Assembly (NCBI GenBank): GCA_965205265.1
Contig: CBDBGH010000003.1
Span: 4,992,001-5,056,000, forward strand
Direction of reading: 5' to 3'
From: Alphaproteobacteria bacterium
Lineage (GTDB): Bacteria; Pseudomonadota; Alphaproteobacteria; Bin95
Length of the DNA stretch: 64,000 nucleotides
Shown here: in pieces, positions 40,307 through 51,215 of the stretch
Layout: each line of letters opens with the position of its first letter
Numbering within the stretch: the first letter of the stretch is position 1
The notes under the pieces: generated by a model
The model's database searches: none
Told to the model about the DNA's origin: nothing
The model's input: the letters and a program-made list of their open reading frames with translations, nothing else
Made by a program: the position numbers and the translations under genes

Positions 40307-40633
40307 CTACTCCTTCTCGAGCGTCAGCTGCAGGGGATGTTCGTGCCGACGGGCCAGGTCCACAACCTGCGTCACCTTGGTCTCGGCTACCTCGTAGGTA
40401 TAGACGCCGCAGAGACCGATGCCCCGCTGGTGAACCGTCAGCATGATATTCGTTGCCTCCTGCGGGCTCTTGTTGAAGAAGGCCTGCAGGACGTGGACGA
40501 CGAACTCCATCGGCGTGTAGTCGTCATTGAGCATGATGACCTTGTACAGCGACGGCTTCTTCGTCTCCGGCCTGGTCCTGACGAGGACGCCCGTATTCGG
40601 GCCGTCGTCTCCGCTTCGCCGTTCGCCGCTCAT
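40307..40633 (-). CDS. clpS: ATP-dependent Clp protease adaptor ClpS (no clpA adjacent)
   Basis: [40 protein letters not shown]. Confidence 0.95.
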   Translation of the reverse strand: MSGERRSGDDGPNTGVLVRTRPETKKPSLYKVIMLNDDYTPMEFVVHVLQAFFNKSPQEATNIMLTVHQRGIGLCGVYTYEVAETKVTQVVDLARRHEHPLQLTLEKE

Positions 40634-40982
40634 CCCTTCCATCCCACCCAGGGTGGCGTCCGCAAGCGTAGCACAACCGGGCTGTCGAAGCGGGGAGTGG
40701 GGTTTGCGGTATGCCGAAATTATCCTGTAATCAAGAAGCGCTCGGAATTTTGTGGCACAATTCGCCTTTCGGAGTGGTGGCCGATAATTCCGGGAATTCC
40801 CGAATTCCAACAATTTATCCGAAATCGACCGCGCCGCAGACTGCGCGGTTGGCGTGTGGGCACGCTCCCGGAGCGCCGCCCGCGCACACGAACTGCGATG
40901 GCCTTCCCTTGATTTTCCGGCGTGTTTCGGCTACTTTGAGGCTCTCCGGGCTACATGCTTTCGGAAGGATCGGATCAAGACC

Positions 40983-41222
40983 ATGCGCCATCGCCACCTG
41001 GTCGATACGGAAGTTGCCGCCCGGTCGCCTACGGCGGTCGATGACATCATCGAGCGCGGCCTGATGGATGACTGGCTGAGGCTTCGCCGGTGGTGTACCG
41101 AGGATCCGGGGCTGCTGGACGTCGTGGAGCAGGTCTGCAACATGCATGTCGCCGATCCGGGCGCGCAGCGCCACCATTTCTGGCTGTTCTGGGCCCGGAT
41201 GCGCCGCGATGCGGCAGCCTGA
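40983..41222 (+). CDS. Small putative antitoxin
   Basis: DDIIERGLMDDW motif. Overlaps the downstream nucleotidyltransferase gene. Confidence 0.6.
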   Translation: MRHRHLVDTEVAARSPTAVDDIIERGLMDDWLRLRRWCTEDPGLLDVVEQVCNMHVADPGAQRHHFWLFWARMRRDAAA

Positions 41223-42009
41223 CTGGGAGCGGGTGATTTCCGCCGCTGCGCGTCTGCAGCGGCATTTCCCCGAAGCGGTTCTGGTTGGCGGAACCGCGGC
41301 CAGCATTCATTCGGGGCATCGTTTTTCCCAGGATGCCGACCATGTGGTTGTCGATCTTCGGGAACGGTTCGACGAAGTTCTCGCCAGTCTGGAATCCGTG
41401 GCGGGCTGGAAAACCGCACGTATCAGGCCCCCTGTATTGATCCTGGGGTCTCTGGATGGGATCGAGACCGGGATCAGGCAGCTGATACGCACCGACCCCC
41501 TGGAGACGGTCGAGATGGTCTGCCACGGCGAAAAAGTCGTGGTTCCCACCATAGAGGAAACGCTGCGCATCAAGGCCGTCCTGATCCTGAAGCGGAACGC
41601 CTTGCGCGACTATCTCGACTTTGCGGCGATCGGGGCAAGCCTTGGACATGACGGCATTGCGAGGGCGATGTCCTCCTTCGACGAGTTGTACCCGCAGGAC
41701 AACGGCCAGTCTGCAACTCAGCAGTTGCTGGCGCAGCTGTCCAATCCCCTTCCCGGGGACCTGGGAAAGGAAGGAACTGCGATCTTCAGCGGCCTGGCGG
41801 AAGACCTGCAGGAGTGGAGTGCGGTGAGCGACCGGTGCCGCTCCATCGGCGCCATGCTCTTCGACGGGTTTCGCGACCCGGCTTCGGGGCCGGCGGGCCT
41901 GTCCGGCCGGCAGCCAGCGAGGAGGCGGGAGGGATCGGACGCCAGCGCTTGGACGCCGCCGACACTCAAACCGCCCGGCAACACGGATGACCCGTTCGGG
42001 ACGGATTAA
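41209..42009 (+). CDS. AbiEii/AbiGii-like nucleotidyltransferase toxin
   Basis: VLVGGTAA...HRFSQDAD, K...KRNALRDYLD. Confidence 0.75.
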   Translation: MRQPDWERVISAAARLQRHFPEAVLVGGTAASIHSGHRFSQDADHVVVDLRERFDEVLASLESVAGWKTARIRPPVLILGSLDGIETGIRQLIRTDPLETVEMVCHGEKVVVPTIEETLRIKAVLILKRNALRDYLDFAAIGASLGHDGIARAMSSFDELYPQDNGQSATQQLLAQLSNPLPGDLGKEGTAIFSGLAEDLQEWSAVSDRCRSIGAMLFDGFRDPASGPAGLSGRQPARRREGSDASAWTPPTLKPPGNTDDPFGTD

Positions 42010-42212
42010 TGCTGCCGTCCCTGTCGCGCGAGAGGTAACGGGGCGCGAGAAAGGATGCGCCGCAGCCTGCCGTTCAGGTCGCCTTAATCCGGCCGGTTCA
42101 ACGCAATCGGGTCAGAGCGGTCTCAACGCCGATGCCGGATGTGCCACAAAATTCCGAGCGGCTCTCTGTAATCAGGAGTCGACGTCCTTTCGCAGGGATA
42201 CGGACCGGGGCC

Positions 42213-42482
42213 ATGCGCCATCGTCACCTGGTCGATACGGAGAGCGCCGCCCGCTCGCCGACTGCGGTCGATGACATCATCGAGCGCGGCCTGATGGAAG
42301 ACTGGCTGAGGCTTCGCCGGTGGTGCACCGAGGATGCCGCCCTGCTGGACGTCGTGGAGCGGGTCTGCAACATGCATTGTCGGGGATCCCGGCGCGCAGC
42401 GCCATCATTTCTGGTTGGGCTGGATCCGGATGCGCCGCGAGTCATGCTTGACGCCCATGGGCAGGGTATCCCTCCCCAATAG
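42213..42482 (+). pseudogene. Duplicate of the 40983 antitoxin gene with a frameshifted tail
   Basis: Near-identical up to VCNMH, then out of frame relative to copy 1. Confidence 0.75.
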
Positions 42483-42624
42483 CTGACCGAGAACTTGTTC
42501 CTGCGGGACTGCGTCCGGGTTCGACCGGCCGGGCCGTTGAGGTGCCGCAGGCGTTTTCGGTTTTCACGCCCTCAGCGCATGATGGAACCGGGATCGGGCA
42601 TCCGGCGGTGGAGAACGCGGGGCA

Positions 42625-43479
42625 GTGACAGGCAACAACGATGCGGGAGCGGTGCTGCGGACCGCCGCCTGGAAAGGCGATATCCCCGGCCTGAAGCAAT
42701 TGCTCGCCGACGGTGCGGACCCGGACGCCGTCGCGGATGACGGATGTGCGGCCCTGCATCTGGCGGCGGAGGCAGGCCGTCCTGAATGCATGCGGGTTCT
42801 GCTCGAGGCCGGAGCCGACCCGAATGTCCAGGATGATTCGGGTCTTGCCCCGCTGCATGTGGCCTCGCTCACCGGACATGTCGGAGCGATCACCCTTCTG
42901 GTGAAGGCCGGGGCCGATCCGGAAATGCGGGATGAAGAGCGCGGCGAGACACCGCTTTGCTGGGCGGTTGCCGGCGTCAACGAAATGGAGGCGGTTCGCG
43001 GCATATGCACTCTGGTCGGCGCCGGTGCGGACCCGAATGCGCGGAACGGGCTGGGTTGGACGCCGATGCAGAGGTTGTGCGCAAACCCCGGTCACGGAGA
43101 GGTCCTGCGGTGTCTTCTGGCCGCGGGCAGCGATCCGGATGGGACCGATGAGGATGGTTTCACTGTCCTGCACCATTTGGCACTTGCGCTTCCATTCGAC
43201 TCCGAAAGGCTCTCGATACTGGTTTCGGGCGGCGCCGATGTGAATGCCCGTGACGGGAAGGGGCGGACACCGCTGTATCTGGCGGCGGAGCGCGGACAGG
43301 TCGAATGGGTGCAGGCTCTTCTGGGAGTCGGCGCCGACCCGTCCATTCCGGGCAAGGCAGGCGTGCCGGTGGATGCGGTCATGCAGCGCCCGGCCGAAGG
43401 CGACACGGAACGGCGCGAGACGATTCTGGAGATGTTGCGCGAGGCGGTCGGGCACGCGGCGCCCGAACCGGGACCGTAG
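42625..43479 (+). CDS. Ankyrin-repeat protein
   Basis: ANK units. Confidence 0.95.
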   Translation: MTGNNDAGAVLRTAAWKGDIPGLKQLLADGADPDAVADDGCAALHLAAEAGRPECMRVLLEAGADPNVQDDSGLAPLHVASLTGHVGAITLLVKAGADPEMRDEERGETPLCWAVAGVNEMEAVRGICTLVGAGADPNARNGLGWTPMQRLCANPGHGEVLRCLLAAGSDPDGTDEDGFTVLHHLALALPFDSERLSILVSGGADVNARDGKGRTPLYLAAERGQVEWVQALLGVGADPSIPGKAGVPVDAVMQRPAEGDTERRETILEMLREAVGHAAPEPGP

Positions 43480-43483
43480 CGGA

Positions 43484-44422
43484 ATGATGGAGCGGAACTC
43501 TCTGCAGGACCGGTTGGAAGCGGCAGTGCAGGATGGCGATGTTGCGGCGGTGAGGACGCTGCTGGAATCGGGTGCGGACCCGAATGCCGGTAACGAAGAG
43601 GGCGCGACCGCCGTTCATGCGGCGGCCAGGGGCTCGAGTCCGGACTGCCTGCGCGTGCTTCTTGAAGCCGGAGGCAGTCCGGACGGCAGGACCGGTGAGG
43701 GGTGTTCATCATGGCTGGAGGCGCCGCTTGTTTCAGCGGCTTTCAAGGGACGGGCGGATATGGCGCTGGCGCTTGTCGAAGCCGGGGCGGACGTGAATGT
43801 GAAGGCCGGCAACCGGGAAACGCCGCTGCACTGGAGCGTGCAGGATGCCGAAGGCGTCCTGACGCGGCGTCTTCTCGAAGCCGGTGCGGATCCGAACGCC
43901 CGGAACCTCATGGGCGAAACCCCGCTCCACGCGGCCGCATGGGTGGGGAATGCCGACGGCATCCGGATACTCGTCGAGGCGGGCGCCACGGTGGATGCGG
44001 AGGACGATGAAGGCATGTCGCCGCTGGCCTGCGCCTCCATGGGCGCAAGCGGCTGCGTGCGGGCGCTGCTCGCGGCCGGGGCCGATGCGGGAGCGAAGGC
44101 CGGTCCGGGCCGGACAGCGCTGGTCCGGGCCTGCTGGCACGGGCTTGAGGACAATGTCCGCATGCTGCTCGAGGCCGGGGCCGACCCGGACGGTGTGGGC
44201 GACAGCGCTGAATCTCCGCTTCATGCTGCGGCCTGGGACGGCAACCCGGCCATTGTGGGGATGTTGCTTCAGGCCGGTGCAGACCCGGGGGTCACGGCCT
44301 CGGGCAGGGCCGGAACGCCCGGGGAGTGGGCGCGGGCCAGGGACAATGGCGAGGCCGCCGCTCTTCTCGGGGAAGCTCTCGGAAGCGACAGGGAGCAGGG
44401 CCGATGCGGGCCGGAAGCGTAG
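43484..44422 (+). CDS. Ankyrin-repeat protein
   Basis: ANK units. Confidence 0.95.
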   Translation: MMERNSLQDRLEAAVQDGDVAAVRTLLESGADPNAGNEEGATAVHAAARGSSPDCLRVLLEAGGSPDGRTGEGCSSWLEAPLVSAAFKGRADMALALVEAGADVNVKAGNRETPLHWSVQDAEGVLTRRLLEAGADPNARNLMGETPLHAAAWVGNADGIRILVEAGATVDAEDDEGMSPLACASMGASGCVRALLAAGADAGAKAGPGRTALVRACWHGLEDNVRMLLEAGADPDGVGDSAESPLHAAAWDGNPAIVGMLLQAGADPGVTASGRAGTPGEWARARDNGEAAALLGEALGSDREQGRCGPEA

Positions 44423-44469
44423 AAGCGGCGGATCGGGCAAGGGCCGACGCCGCCGGGATGGGGTGAGAG

Positions 44470-45860
44470 ATGAGTGAACCTGTGACGCGCGAGCGGAATC
44501 TCACGGCACGGCTGGTGCATGCGGTCGGAGCCGCCATCGACCGCGAGGCGGTCAAGAACGTCTCCGCGGCACTCGAGGCCGGGGCGGACCCGAACGGCGT
44601 CCATATCCTCGAATCCGGCGTCAGCAGGACGCCGCTGACGGCGGCGGTCGACTTCGCGAGCGTTCCCGCCGCGGTCAGTGTGCTTCTCGATGCCGGCGCC
44701 GATCCCGATCAGCCGGGACAGGACGGGGCGGCTCCCCTGCACATGGCTGCCCGCGACCCGGAAGGGACCGCTGCGGCGGCTGTCCTGTTGCTGAGGGCCG
44801 GCGCCGGTGTTGCTGTCCGGGACAGCAAGGGAGCCACGCCCCTTCACCATGCGTGCGGCGAAGGCAGCGAAGCGGTGGTGGCCGTGCTCCTTGCGTCCGG
44901 GGCGGATCCGGAAGCGAGGGACAACCGGGGCAGGACGCCGCTGCATCTGGCCTGCAGCGGCGGAGGCGTCGGGGCGCGGCTGCTTCTCGATACAGGGGCC
45001 GCTCCCGACCCCGTCGACGAAAGCGGACGGACTCCCCTCCACGATGCGGCGCTGGGAGGCTGGAGAGAGGCGGTAGAGATCCTGCTGGAGTTCGATGCCG
45101 ACCCGAACCGCCGGGCCGGACCGGCGGACCGGTCGCGCACGCCGCTGCATTTCCTGGCGGAGGGACGGGGCGGCGACATGGCCGCCCATGCCCTGCTCGC
45201 CGCCGGGGCGGATCCCGCGGCGACCGATGACAAGGGCGATCTGGCCCTGCATCTGGCGGCGCGGACGGGAGCGGACAGGGTGGCGCTGGCGCTCCTGGCG
45301 AGGAAGCATCCGCGGAAGTCCTCGACGGGGAAGGCCGCACGCCCTTGGCGATCGCGGTGGAAGAGGGCAATGGCGACATAGCCTCCTTCCTGGTGCATGC
45401 GGGAGCCGACCCGAACACGCGGTCCGAGTCGGACTGGACCGCCCTGTTCGGCGCCATAGCGGCCGACAGGGATTACGTGGTCGGGAAGCTTCTGGAAGCG
45501 GGCGCCGATCCCAACCAGAGGTTCGGCGAGGAAGCGGCACTGCACCAGGCCGTGGGCGCCCCGGTCGATATGCGGCCGGAGGAATGCGCCGCGGAGATGG
45601 TGAGGGTGCTTCTCGACGCCGGTGCGGATGCGAATGCGCGTGACGGTGCGGGCGTGACGCCGCTGCACCATGCTGCCCACCAGGGCCGGGTGGACTGCTT
45701 GAAACTCCTGCTCGCCGCCGGGGCGGATCCCGAGATGGCGGACAATGCCGGCCGGCGTCCGGCGGATGAGGCCGCGCACGGTCCGGCCCACGACGAGATA
45801 TCCGGCCTTCTTGCACAGGCGGCCCGAATTCGGGCCGGGTCGCCGGATCCCGGCATGTAG
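44470..45860 (+). pseudogene. Ankyrin-repeat gene with a 1-nt frameshift near 45303 (or a sequencing error)
   Basis: The ANK register continues as SAEVLDGEGRTPLAIAVEEG in the second frame. Confidence 0.8.
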
Positions 45861-45878
45861 AAGAAAGGGAGACAGGCA

Positions 45879-46802
45879 ATGGTCGATTTCCGGGATATGC
45901 GGGGGAACGAAATACGCCGGTTCCTGGCGGATGGCGGCAGGATCGATGCCAGGGACGACATATTCGGCGAGACGCTCCTGCATGTCGCCGTTCGGCTGGA
46001 CGATGAGGGCCTTGTCAGGGAACTGCTCGCCGCCGGGGCCGATCCCAATGAAGGAGACGGGAAGGGGAGGACACCGCTCTTTGCGGCGGCCCACATCGGG
46101 GACGCGTCCGTGGTGAAGGCCCTGCTGGAAGGCGGGGCCCGGCCGGACGAGCGCGATGTGGAATATACGACCGCGCTGCATCTGGCGGCGCAGGGAGGCA
46201 GTGTCGCCAACATCGGGCTTCTGCTCGCCGCCGGCGCCGATCCGGAAGCGCGGGACGAGTTGGGCGCAACGCCATTGCATCTGGGGGCCCTGAACGGTCG
46301 GCTCGACAGCGTGCAGGCGCTTCTCGGGGGAGGGGCCGATGCGAGCGCACGCACGAGGGCCGGCGGCGAAACGGCGCTTCACTGGGCGATGACGGTCGAG
46401 GGAGGCCGGGGTGAGGAGATTGTTGCCGCTCTTCTTGGGGCGGGAGCGGATCCGAATACGCGGAACGGGATGGAAGAGACGCCGCTTCACTGGGCGGCGT
46501 CGGGCCTCGAGGAAGGCGGAAGGATCGCGGCGCTTCTGGAAGCCGGGGCCGACCCCGGCGCGCGCAACAAGTGGGAGGCGACTCCCCTGCATGAGGCCGC
46601 CCAGGCGCGCAAGGCGGACGCCGTGCGGATCCTCCTCGCCGCGGGCGCCGATCCCGATGCCACGGACGACGAGGGTAAGACGCCCATGGAGTGGGCGATG
46701 CCGGTCGTGGGCGACAATTCGGAAGTGATGGGCCTGCTGGAGAAAGCGGCGGCAGACCGCAGAGCCGCCGCCGGACTTCCGGAGCCCGTGTCGGGTGGCT
46801 GA
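45879..46802 (+). CDS. Ankyrin-repeat protein
   Basis: ANK units. Confidence 0.95.
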   Translation: MVDFRDMRGNEIRRFLADGGRIDARDDIFGETLLHVAVRLDDEGLVRELLAAGADPNEGDGKGRTPLFAAAHIGDASVVKALLEGGARPDERDVEYTTALHLAAQGGSVANIGLLLAAGADPEARDELGATPLHLGALNGRLDSVQALLGGGADASARTRAGGETALHWAMTVEGGRGEEIVAALLGAGADPNTRNGMEETPLHWAASGLEEGGRIAALLEAGADPGARNKWEATPLHEAAQARKADAVRILLAAGADPDATDDEGKTPMEWAMPVVGDNSEVMGLLEKAAADRRAAAGLPEPVSGG

Positions 46803-46914
46803 CCTTGCCAGGAGCTGCGGGTGATGGCGCGTGCCAACGCTTCCGGATCGGCGCTTCCCCGTGCCTTCCCGGTTCAGGGACTACAGGGCGGCCTCGTGGA
46901 AACCCGGGCGCCGG

Positions 46915-47259
46915 TCAGCCTTTGCCGGCCTCGGCGTTCCCGTCTGGCGCCGCCGGATCGGCAGCGAACAGTCGCACGGCCTTCCCGATGAAGTCCCTGG
47001 CTTCGTCGTCCGACAGGTATCCGGCGTCGAACGGTCCCTCGCCATAGGGCTCGCCATACATCCAGACCTCCTCGGCGGGAAGGTGGATCGGGTGGGTCGG
47101 GGAGCGGTGGCGCGATATCTCCACGGTCCACGCACTGCCGCGCGCCCTGAAGTAGAAGCGGTGTCCACCGCAGCAGGTCCCCTCGGCCTGCACGGGGCAA
47201 TAGCCGCTGATCGTCTCGATCTCGAGCTGCGGCCGGGTGAGCTTTTCCCGGAGTCCCAT
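46915..47259 (-). CDS. Hypothetical protein
   Basis: Conserved-looking GYCPVQAEG...FYFRARG motif. Confidence 0.6.
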   Translation of the reverse strand: MGLREKLTRPQLEIETISGYCPVQAEGTCCGGHRFYFRARGSAWTVEISRHRSPTHPIHLPAEEVWMYGEPYGEGPFDAGYLSDDEARDFIGKAVRLFAADPAAPDGNAEAGKG

Positions 47260-47317
47260 GTGCGTTTTCCCGTCCGGTCCCGTTTCCGTGTCCGACGACG
47301 CCCGCCTCACGCGGTCT

Positions 47318-47824
47318 TCAGGTCTGGAGTCCCGGTTCCGGGAGGTCCTCGCCGACAGGAGCGGGGGTTGCCTGCCAGGATGCGCTGTCCGCCTGGATCG
47401 ACCGTTGGCCGATATCGATGTCGGCGGAGAGGCCCGGTCCGGAGCGGCTGATGGTGATCCGCCCCTCGGATCCGGCTTCCGCGTCCCAGCCGCCGAAGTC
47501 CGCCTGCAGCATGGCGTCGCCCATCATGGCGAGGGCCTGGTCCAGGCGCATGGGCGGACAGGCCTCGCGGGTGGCGTCCTGGTAATAGGATCCGACGACG
47601 CGCTGGAGGCCGGTAACGGTAATGCCCCTGGCATCCTCGACATCGAGTTGGAGGTCGCCGGCGTCCGCCGTGTGGCCGAGATGCGTGAGTGCGATGACAT
47701 GCGCGTCCATGCGCCCGTCGAATTCGACCTCCATCGTGTCGATGGCGAATTCCTCGAACAGCTGGTCGAGCACCGAAAGGTTGTGGGCGCTCGCTGTGCG
47801 CATTTGTTGCTCGCCTGTCGGCAT
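47318..47824 (-). CDS. DUF6878-like protein
   Basis: HNLSVL...VEFDG...VTGLQ...DFGGWDAEAGSEG. GGAGGAG RBS. Confidence 0.8.
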   Translation of the reverse strand: MPTGEQQMRTASAHNLSVLDQLFEEFAIDTMEVEFDGRMDAHVIALTHLGHTADAGDLQLDVEDARGITVTGLQRVVGSYYQDATREACPPMRLDQALAMMGDAMLQADFGGWDAEAGSEGRITISRSGPGLSADIDIGQRSIQADSASWQATPAPVGEDLPEPGLQT

Positions 47825-47986
47825 GCGGGGGCTCCTCCGGCCATCGATTCCGCAAGGCTAGGGGAAACGCCTGAAAACCGGAAGCCGGGCATGCCGCGCG
47901 GCGGAAATAACACACAATCGGATTGACACGATAAGCGGATTATCATAGCAATCCGTTCCGACCCTGGAACGAGGGGGAGACAGCCG

Positions 47987-49192
47987 ATGGGCCGCCGGAC
48001 GGTTCAGGTCGATTATGGCGAGACCGTCAGGATGATGGAGCCGATGGTCCTGTCCCCGGGCGACGACGGGATGGACAGGCTTGTCCACCTGGTGGTGGAT
48101 ATGGACCGCGGGAACGGGGACCTGCAGCGGCTTCTTCCGGAGGCGCTGAAGCGGCCGCTGATCGCCCTGCTGCGGGTTGTCGATGCCCATTTCGGCGACG
48201 CGATGGGGATGCTGCATCCCCTGCATCCGGAGGACATCGAAGGAGGCCTCCAGGGAAGGTTCCTGAACTGCGCACGGGACAGGGCCCGGCAGTGTGAGGC
48301 GGTCGCCCATGTGCGGGCCGCGGAATGGCTCGACCGGGAGACGGCAAACTATCACCCCGCCGGCGAATACGTCCTCGGCACACTTCACCGGTTGCTCGGT
48401 GAGGAAGGGTTCCCGGAAAACCGGCCTGCATTCGACCCGGGCCGCTACCGGAGGGACACTGTGTCCGTGGGAGCGCACGATCCCGTGGGCCCGGAGGACG
48501 TGCCGCGCTGCATGCGCCGCTTCGAGGACACCTATACGGTCCTGTCACCGTCGGATACGATGATGAATGCGGCGGCGATGCATCACCGCCTGCTGTGGAT
48601 CCATCCGTTCCGGGACGGGAACGGGCGAGCCGCCCGTCTGGTGACACGGCAGTTCCTGTCCGGCGCCATGGGGTCGCTCTACTGGTCGCTGGCACGGGGA
48701 TTGGCCCTGGAGAAGCCGGCCTATTTTTCCTTCCTGAAGGTCTGCGACCGCGGGCGGTTCGACAGCAGGGACGGGCCGGGCCCTCTGAGCCGGGGAGCCC
48801 TGGTGGCGTTCACGGAGTGGTTCCTGACGGCCTGCATCGGCCAGATCGGCTTCATGACCGAGTGCTGCACGCCATCGGTTCTGCAGGACCGGATCCGGCG
48901 GTGGGCGGCGGAGGAAGAGGCGGCAGGGCGTCTTCCCGAGGAAAGCGGAACGGTGCTGGTCGCCGCGATGGATGAAGGTTGCCTGACGCGGGGCCGGGTA
49001 GGGGAGATCGCGGGCCGCGGCATCCATCACGGTCGTCTGATCGTCAAGATGCTGCAGGCGCGCGGGCTGCTGGCAACGAGGCACGGTCCGCGCTCGCCGC
49101 TGCATCCGGCGCTGCCGGTTTCGGCGGCTCGGGCCTGGTTTCCGGGCCTCTTCCCGGCATTGCAACAGGCGGAGGAAGGAAAAGCCGCATGA
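47987..49192 (+). CDS. Fic-family protein with C-terminal wHTH
   Basis: HPFRDGNGRAAR. TTGACA at 47924 lies inside the inverted repeat GGATTG...CAATCC. Confidence 0.9.
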   Translation: MGRRTVQVDYGETVRMMEPMVLSPGDDGMDRLVHLVVDMDRGNGDLQRLLPEALKRPLIALLRVVDAHFGDAMGMLHPLHPEDIEGGLQGRFLNCARDRARQCEAVAHVRAAEWLDRETANYHPAGEYVLGTLHRLLGEEGFPENRPAFDPGRYRRDTVSVGAHDPVGPEDVPRCMRRFEDTYTVLSPSDTMMNAAAMHHRLLWIHPFRDGNGRAARLVTRQFLSGAMGSLYWSLARGLALEKPAYFSFLKVCDRGRFDSRDGPGPLSRGALVAFTEWFLTACIGQIGFMTECCTPSVLQDRIRRWAAEEEAAGRLPEESGTVLVAAMDEGCLTRGRVGEIAGRGIHHGRLIVKMLQARGLLATRHGPRSPLHPALPVSAARAWFPGLFPALQQAEEGKAA

Positions 49193-50052
49193 GTGAAACG
49201 GAGAAGCCATACTCCCCGCACGACCGGATGGTTGGACGTATGAGCCCAGGGGAGTGCGCCGCCCTGGCGGAAGCGATAGGACGGCGCCGCGCCGAACTGG
49301 CAAACCGTGACGCCGCCATCGTCCTCCGGTCCGCCGACTTTCGGCCGTTGCCGGAGACATATCCCTACGATCCCGAGAGGAATGTCTGGCGGTTCGATCC
49401 GGATCTGTGGACCCTGACCTATGACTACTATGAAATCGACCTGGAAGGCGACAGGTTCCGGACCGAGGCGGGCGCCCTGGGCTCGGTATTCGATATCGGC
49501 AGGAAAACCTGGGCCTGTCTGCCAATGGTCACGACGGACCTGCTTGCCGCGCTCGACTGGCTCCAGCCCTGGCACCCGGACAGGGTGCCGGCCGGCCTCG
49601 ACGAGTCGATGTCCGGAGCGGCCGCCCGGAGGGCGGCCAACCCGAAGCCGACCTGGCTGGAAACCGCCGTCCGGAAGCTGCGGACAGGGAGGTATTCGAT
49701 AGAACGAAGGGGTCTCGGGTGCCGCTATATGGGTCGGGACTGGGAGTTCAATTGGGATGGGCTGCTCGAATTCAATTCCAGGCTCGGCGCGCGCCGGCAC
49801 TTTTTCCGGGTCGTGTCGCATCCGCTCAGGCCGGGCGAGGACTGGGGCGGCGGCACATGGGGAAATTCCGGCGCCCTGTCGGATTCCCACAGCGAAGAGG
49901 AACGCCGCGCGGCAATCGCCGCAAAGTGCTGGGATATCATCGACAACGAGCCGGGGATCACGTTCGGAATGGTACAGGAAGCCTTGCGGGAGATCGATCT
50001 GGAGTTGATCCGGACGCCTTGCATCGCCCCTCGGCAAGAGGAGACCGGTTGA
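49189..50052 (+). CDS. Hypothetical protein
   Basis: ATGA overlap with fic. YEIDLE motif. Confidence 0.6.
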   Translation: MSETEKPYSPHDRMVGRMSPGECAALAEAIGRRRAELANRDAAIVLRSADFRPLPETYPYDPERNVWRFDPDLWTLTYDYYEIDLEGDRFRTEAGALGSVFDIGRKTWACLPMVTTDLLAALDWLQPWHPDRVPAGLDESMSGAAARRAANPKPTWLETAVRKLRTGRYSIERRGLGCRYMGRDWEFNWDGLLEFNSRLGARRHFFRVVSHPLRPGEDWGGGTWGNSGALSDSHSEEERRAAIAAKCWDIIDNEPGITFGMVQEALREIDLELIRTPCIAPRQEETG

Positions 50053-50089
50053 CCGGGCCCGCTTCCCGGAACCGGACAAGACGCGGGCC

Positions 50090-51118
50090 ATGAACCGTAT
50101 CCTGCAGGGCGTTATCGCGCCGAGCGCGGCCCTTGCCGTCAATCCCCGGCTGATGCGGCACTGGGCCGATCTGGACCGTGCGCCGCAGGTTGGCGACGTG
50201 GTGTATGGACGGGTCCTGCATATCGGGGAACATGACAGCCTCGAGAACCGCCACGGGCGCGTTCACATGATTGCTCCCGGCAGCCGGGCCGTCTTCGTGT
50301 ACGGCGCGCGCTATGCGCCGGACGTCTTCGAGGGCCGCGTGCCGGAGCATCGGCTCCGCGAGGTGGACCTTCTGGCGAAGTCCGGCCTCATCGGGGTCGT
50401 GCACAGCAAGAACCATCTTGTGAAGGACCCGAGCAGGATCGAGATACTCGGCCATGTCGTGGACGGCAACGGGGCTCCCCTGAACACGCGCGACCATCCG
50501 GTCGCCATGCCGAAAAGACCCCTGCGGCGCGTCCGTCGGCGCGCCAGGATGGTCCTCAATGTCGGGACCGCGATGAACTCGGGGAAGACGACCTCGGCGA
50601 TCACCTGCTGCGCCGCCCTCACCGGCCTGGGCCATGCCGTGCGGGCAAGCAAGGTGACGGGGACGGCGAGCCTGAAGGACATCTTCCACATGCAGGACGC
50701 CGGTGCCGAGATCGTGTCCGACTTCACTTCGCTGGGTTTTCCCTCGACCTACCTCCTCGGTGAGGAGGAACTGTTCGGCATCTTCGAGAACCTGGATGCC
50801 AAATACGGCAACGATCCGGCCAAGTTCTGGGTGGTGGAACTGTCGGACGGCATCCTGCAGCGCGAGACCGCGATGCTGCTGCAGAATGCCTGGCTGCGCT
50901 CGCGCATCCACCGCCTGGTGTTCTCCGCCGCCGACGTTTTCGGGGCGCTCGGCGGGATACACGTCCTGCGCGACCGCTTCGGCCTTGTGCCCGATGCGAT
51001 TTCGGGCCGCTGCTCCTCCTCGCCGCTGTCGGTGCGGGAGCTGGCGGAGCAGACCGATATACCGGTCTTCGACAATATGCGCCGGGATCTTCGCCGGCTG
51101 GCGGAGATCCTGCTGTAG
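50090..51118 (+). CDS. DUF1611-like P-loop protein
   Basis: YGARYAPDVFEG, GTAMNSGKTT, KVTGTA, VELSDGILQRETA. Confidence 0.8.
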   Translation: MNRILQGVIAPSAALAVNPRLMRHWADLDRAPQVGDVVYGRVLHIGEHDSLENRHGRVHMIAPGSRAVFVYGARYAPDVFEGRVPEHRLREVDLLAKSGLIGVVHSKNHLVKDPSRIEILGHVVDGNGAPLNTRDHPVAMPKRPLRRVRRRARMVLNVGTAMNSGKTTSAITCCAALTGLGHAVRASKVTGTASLKDIFHMQDAGAEIVSDFTSLGFPSTYLLGEEELFGIFENLDAKYGNDPAKFWVVELSDGILQRETAMLLQNAWLRSRIHRLVFSAADVFGALGGIHVLRDRFGLVPDAISGRCSSSPLSVRELAEQTDIPVFDNMRRDLRRLAEILL

Positions 51119-51215
51119 CGTCCCCCTCTGCCCGCACCGATCCAGGAGCATTCGGTTTTTCAGCGGAACGCCGTAGAGTGGGCCGAAGTCGAACGGCGAG
51201 GAGGCGGGTGCCGTC

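Noticed and set aside
45290-45381. Programmed frameshift in the ankyrin gene
   Set aside because: No slippery sequence. A single-base deletion or sequencing error is simpler.
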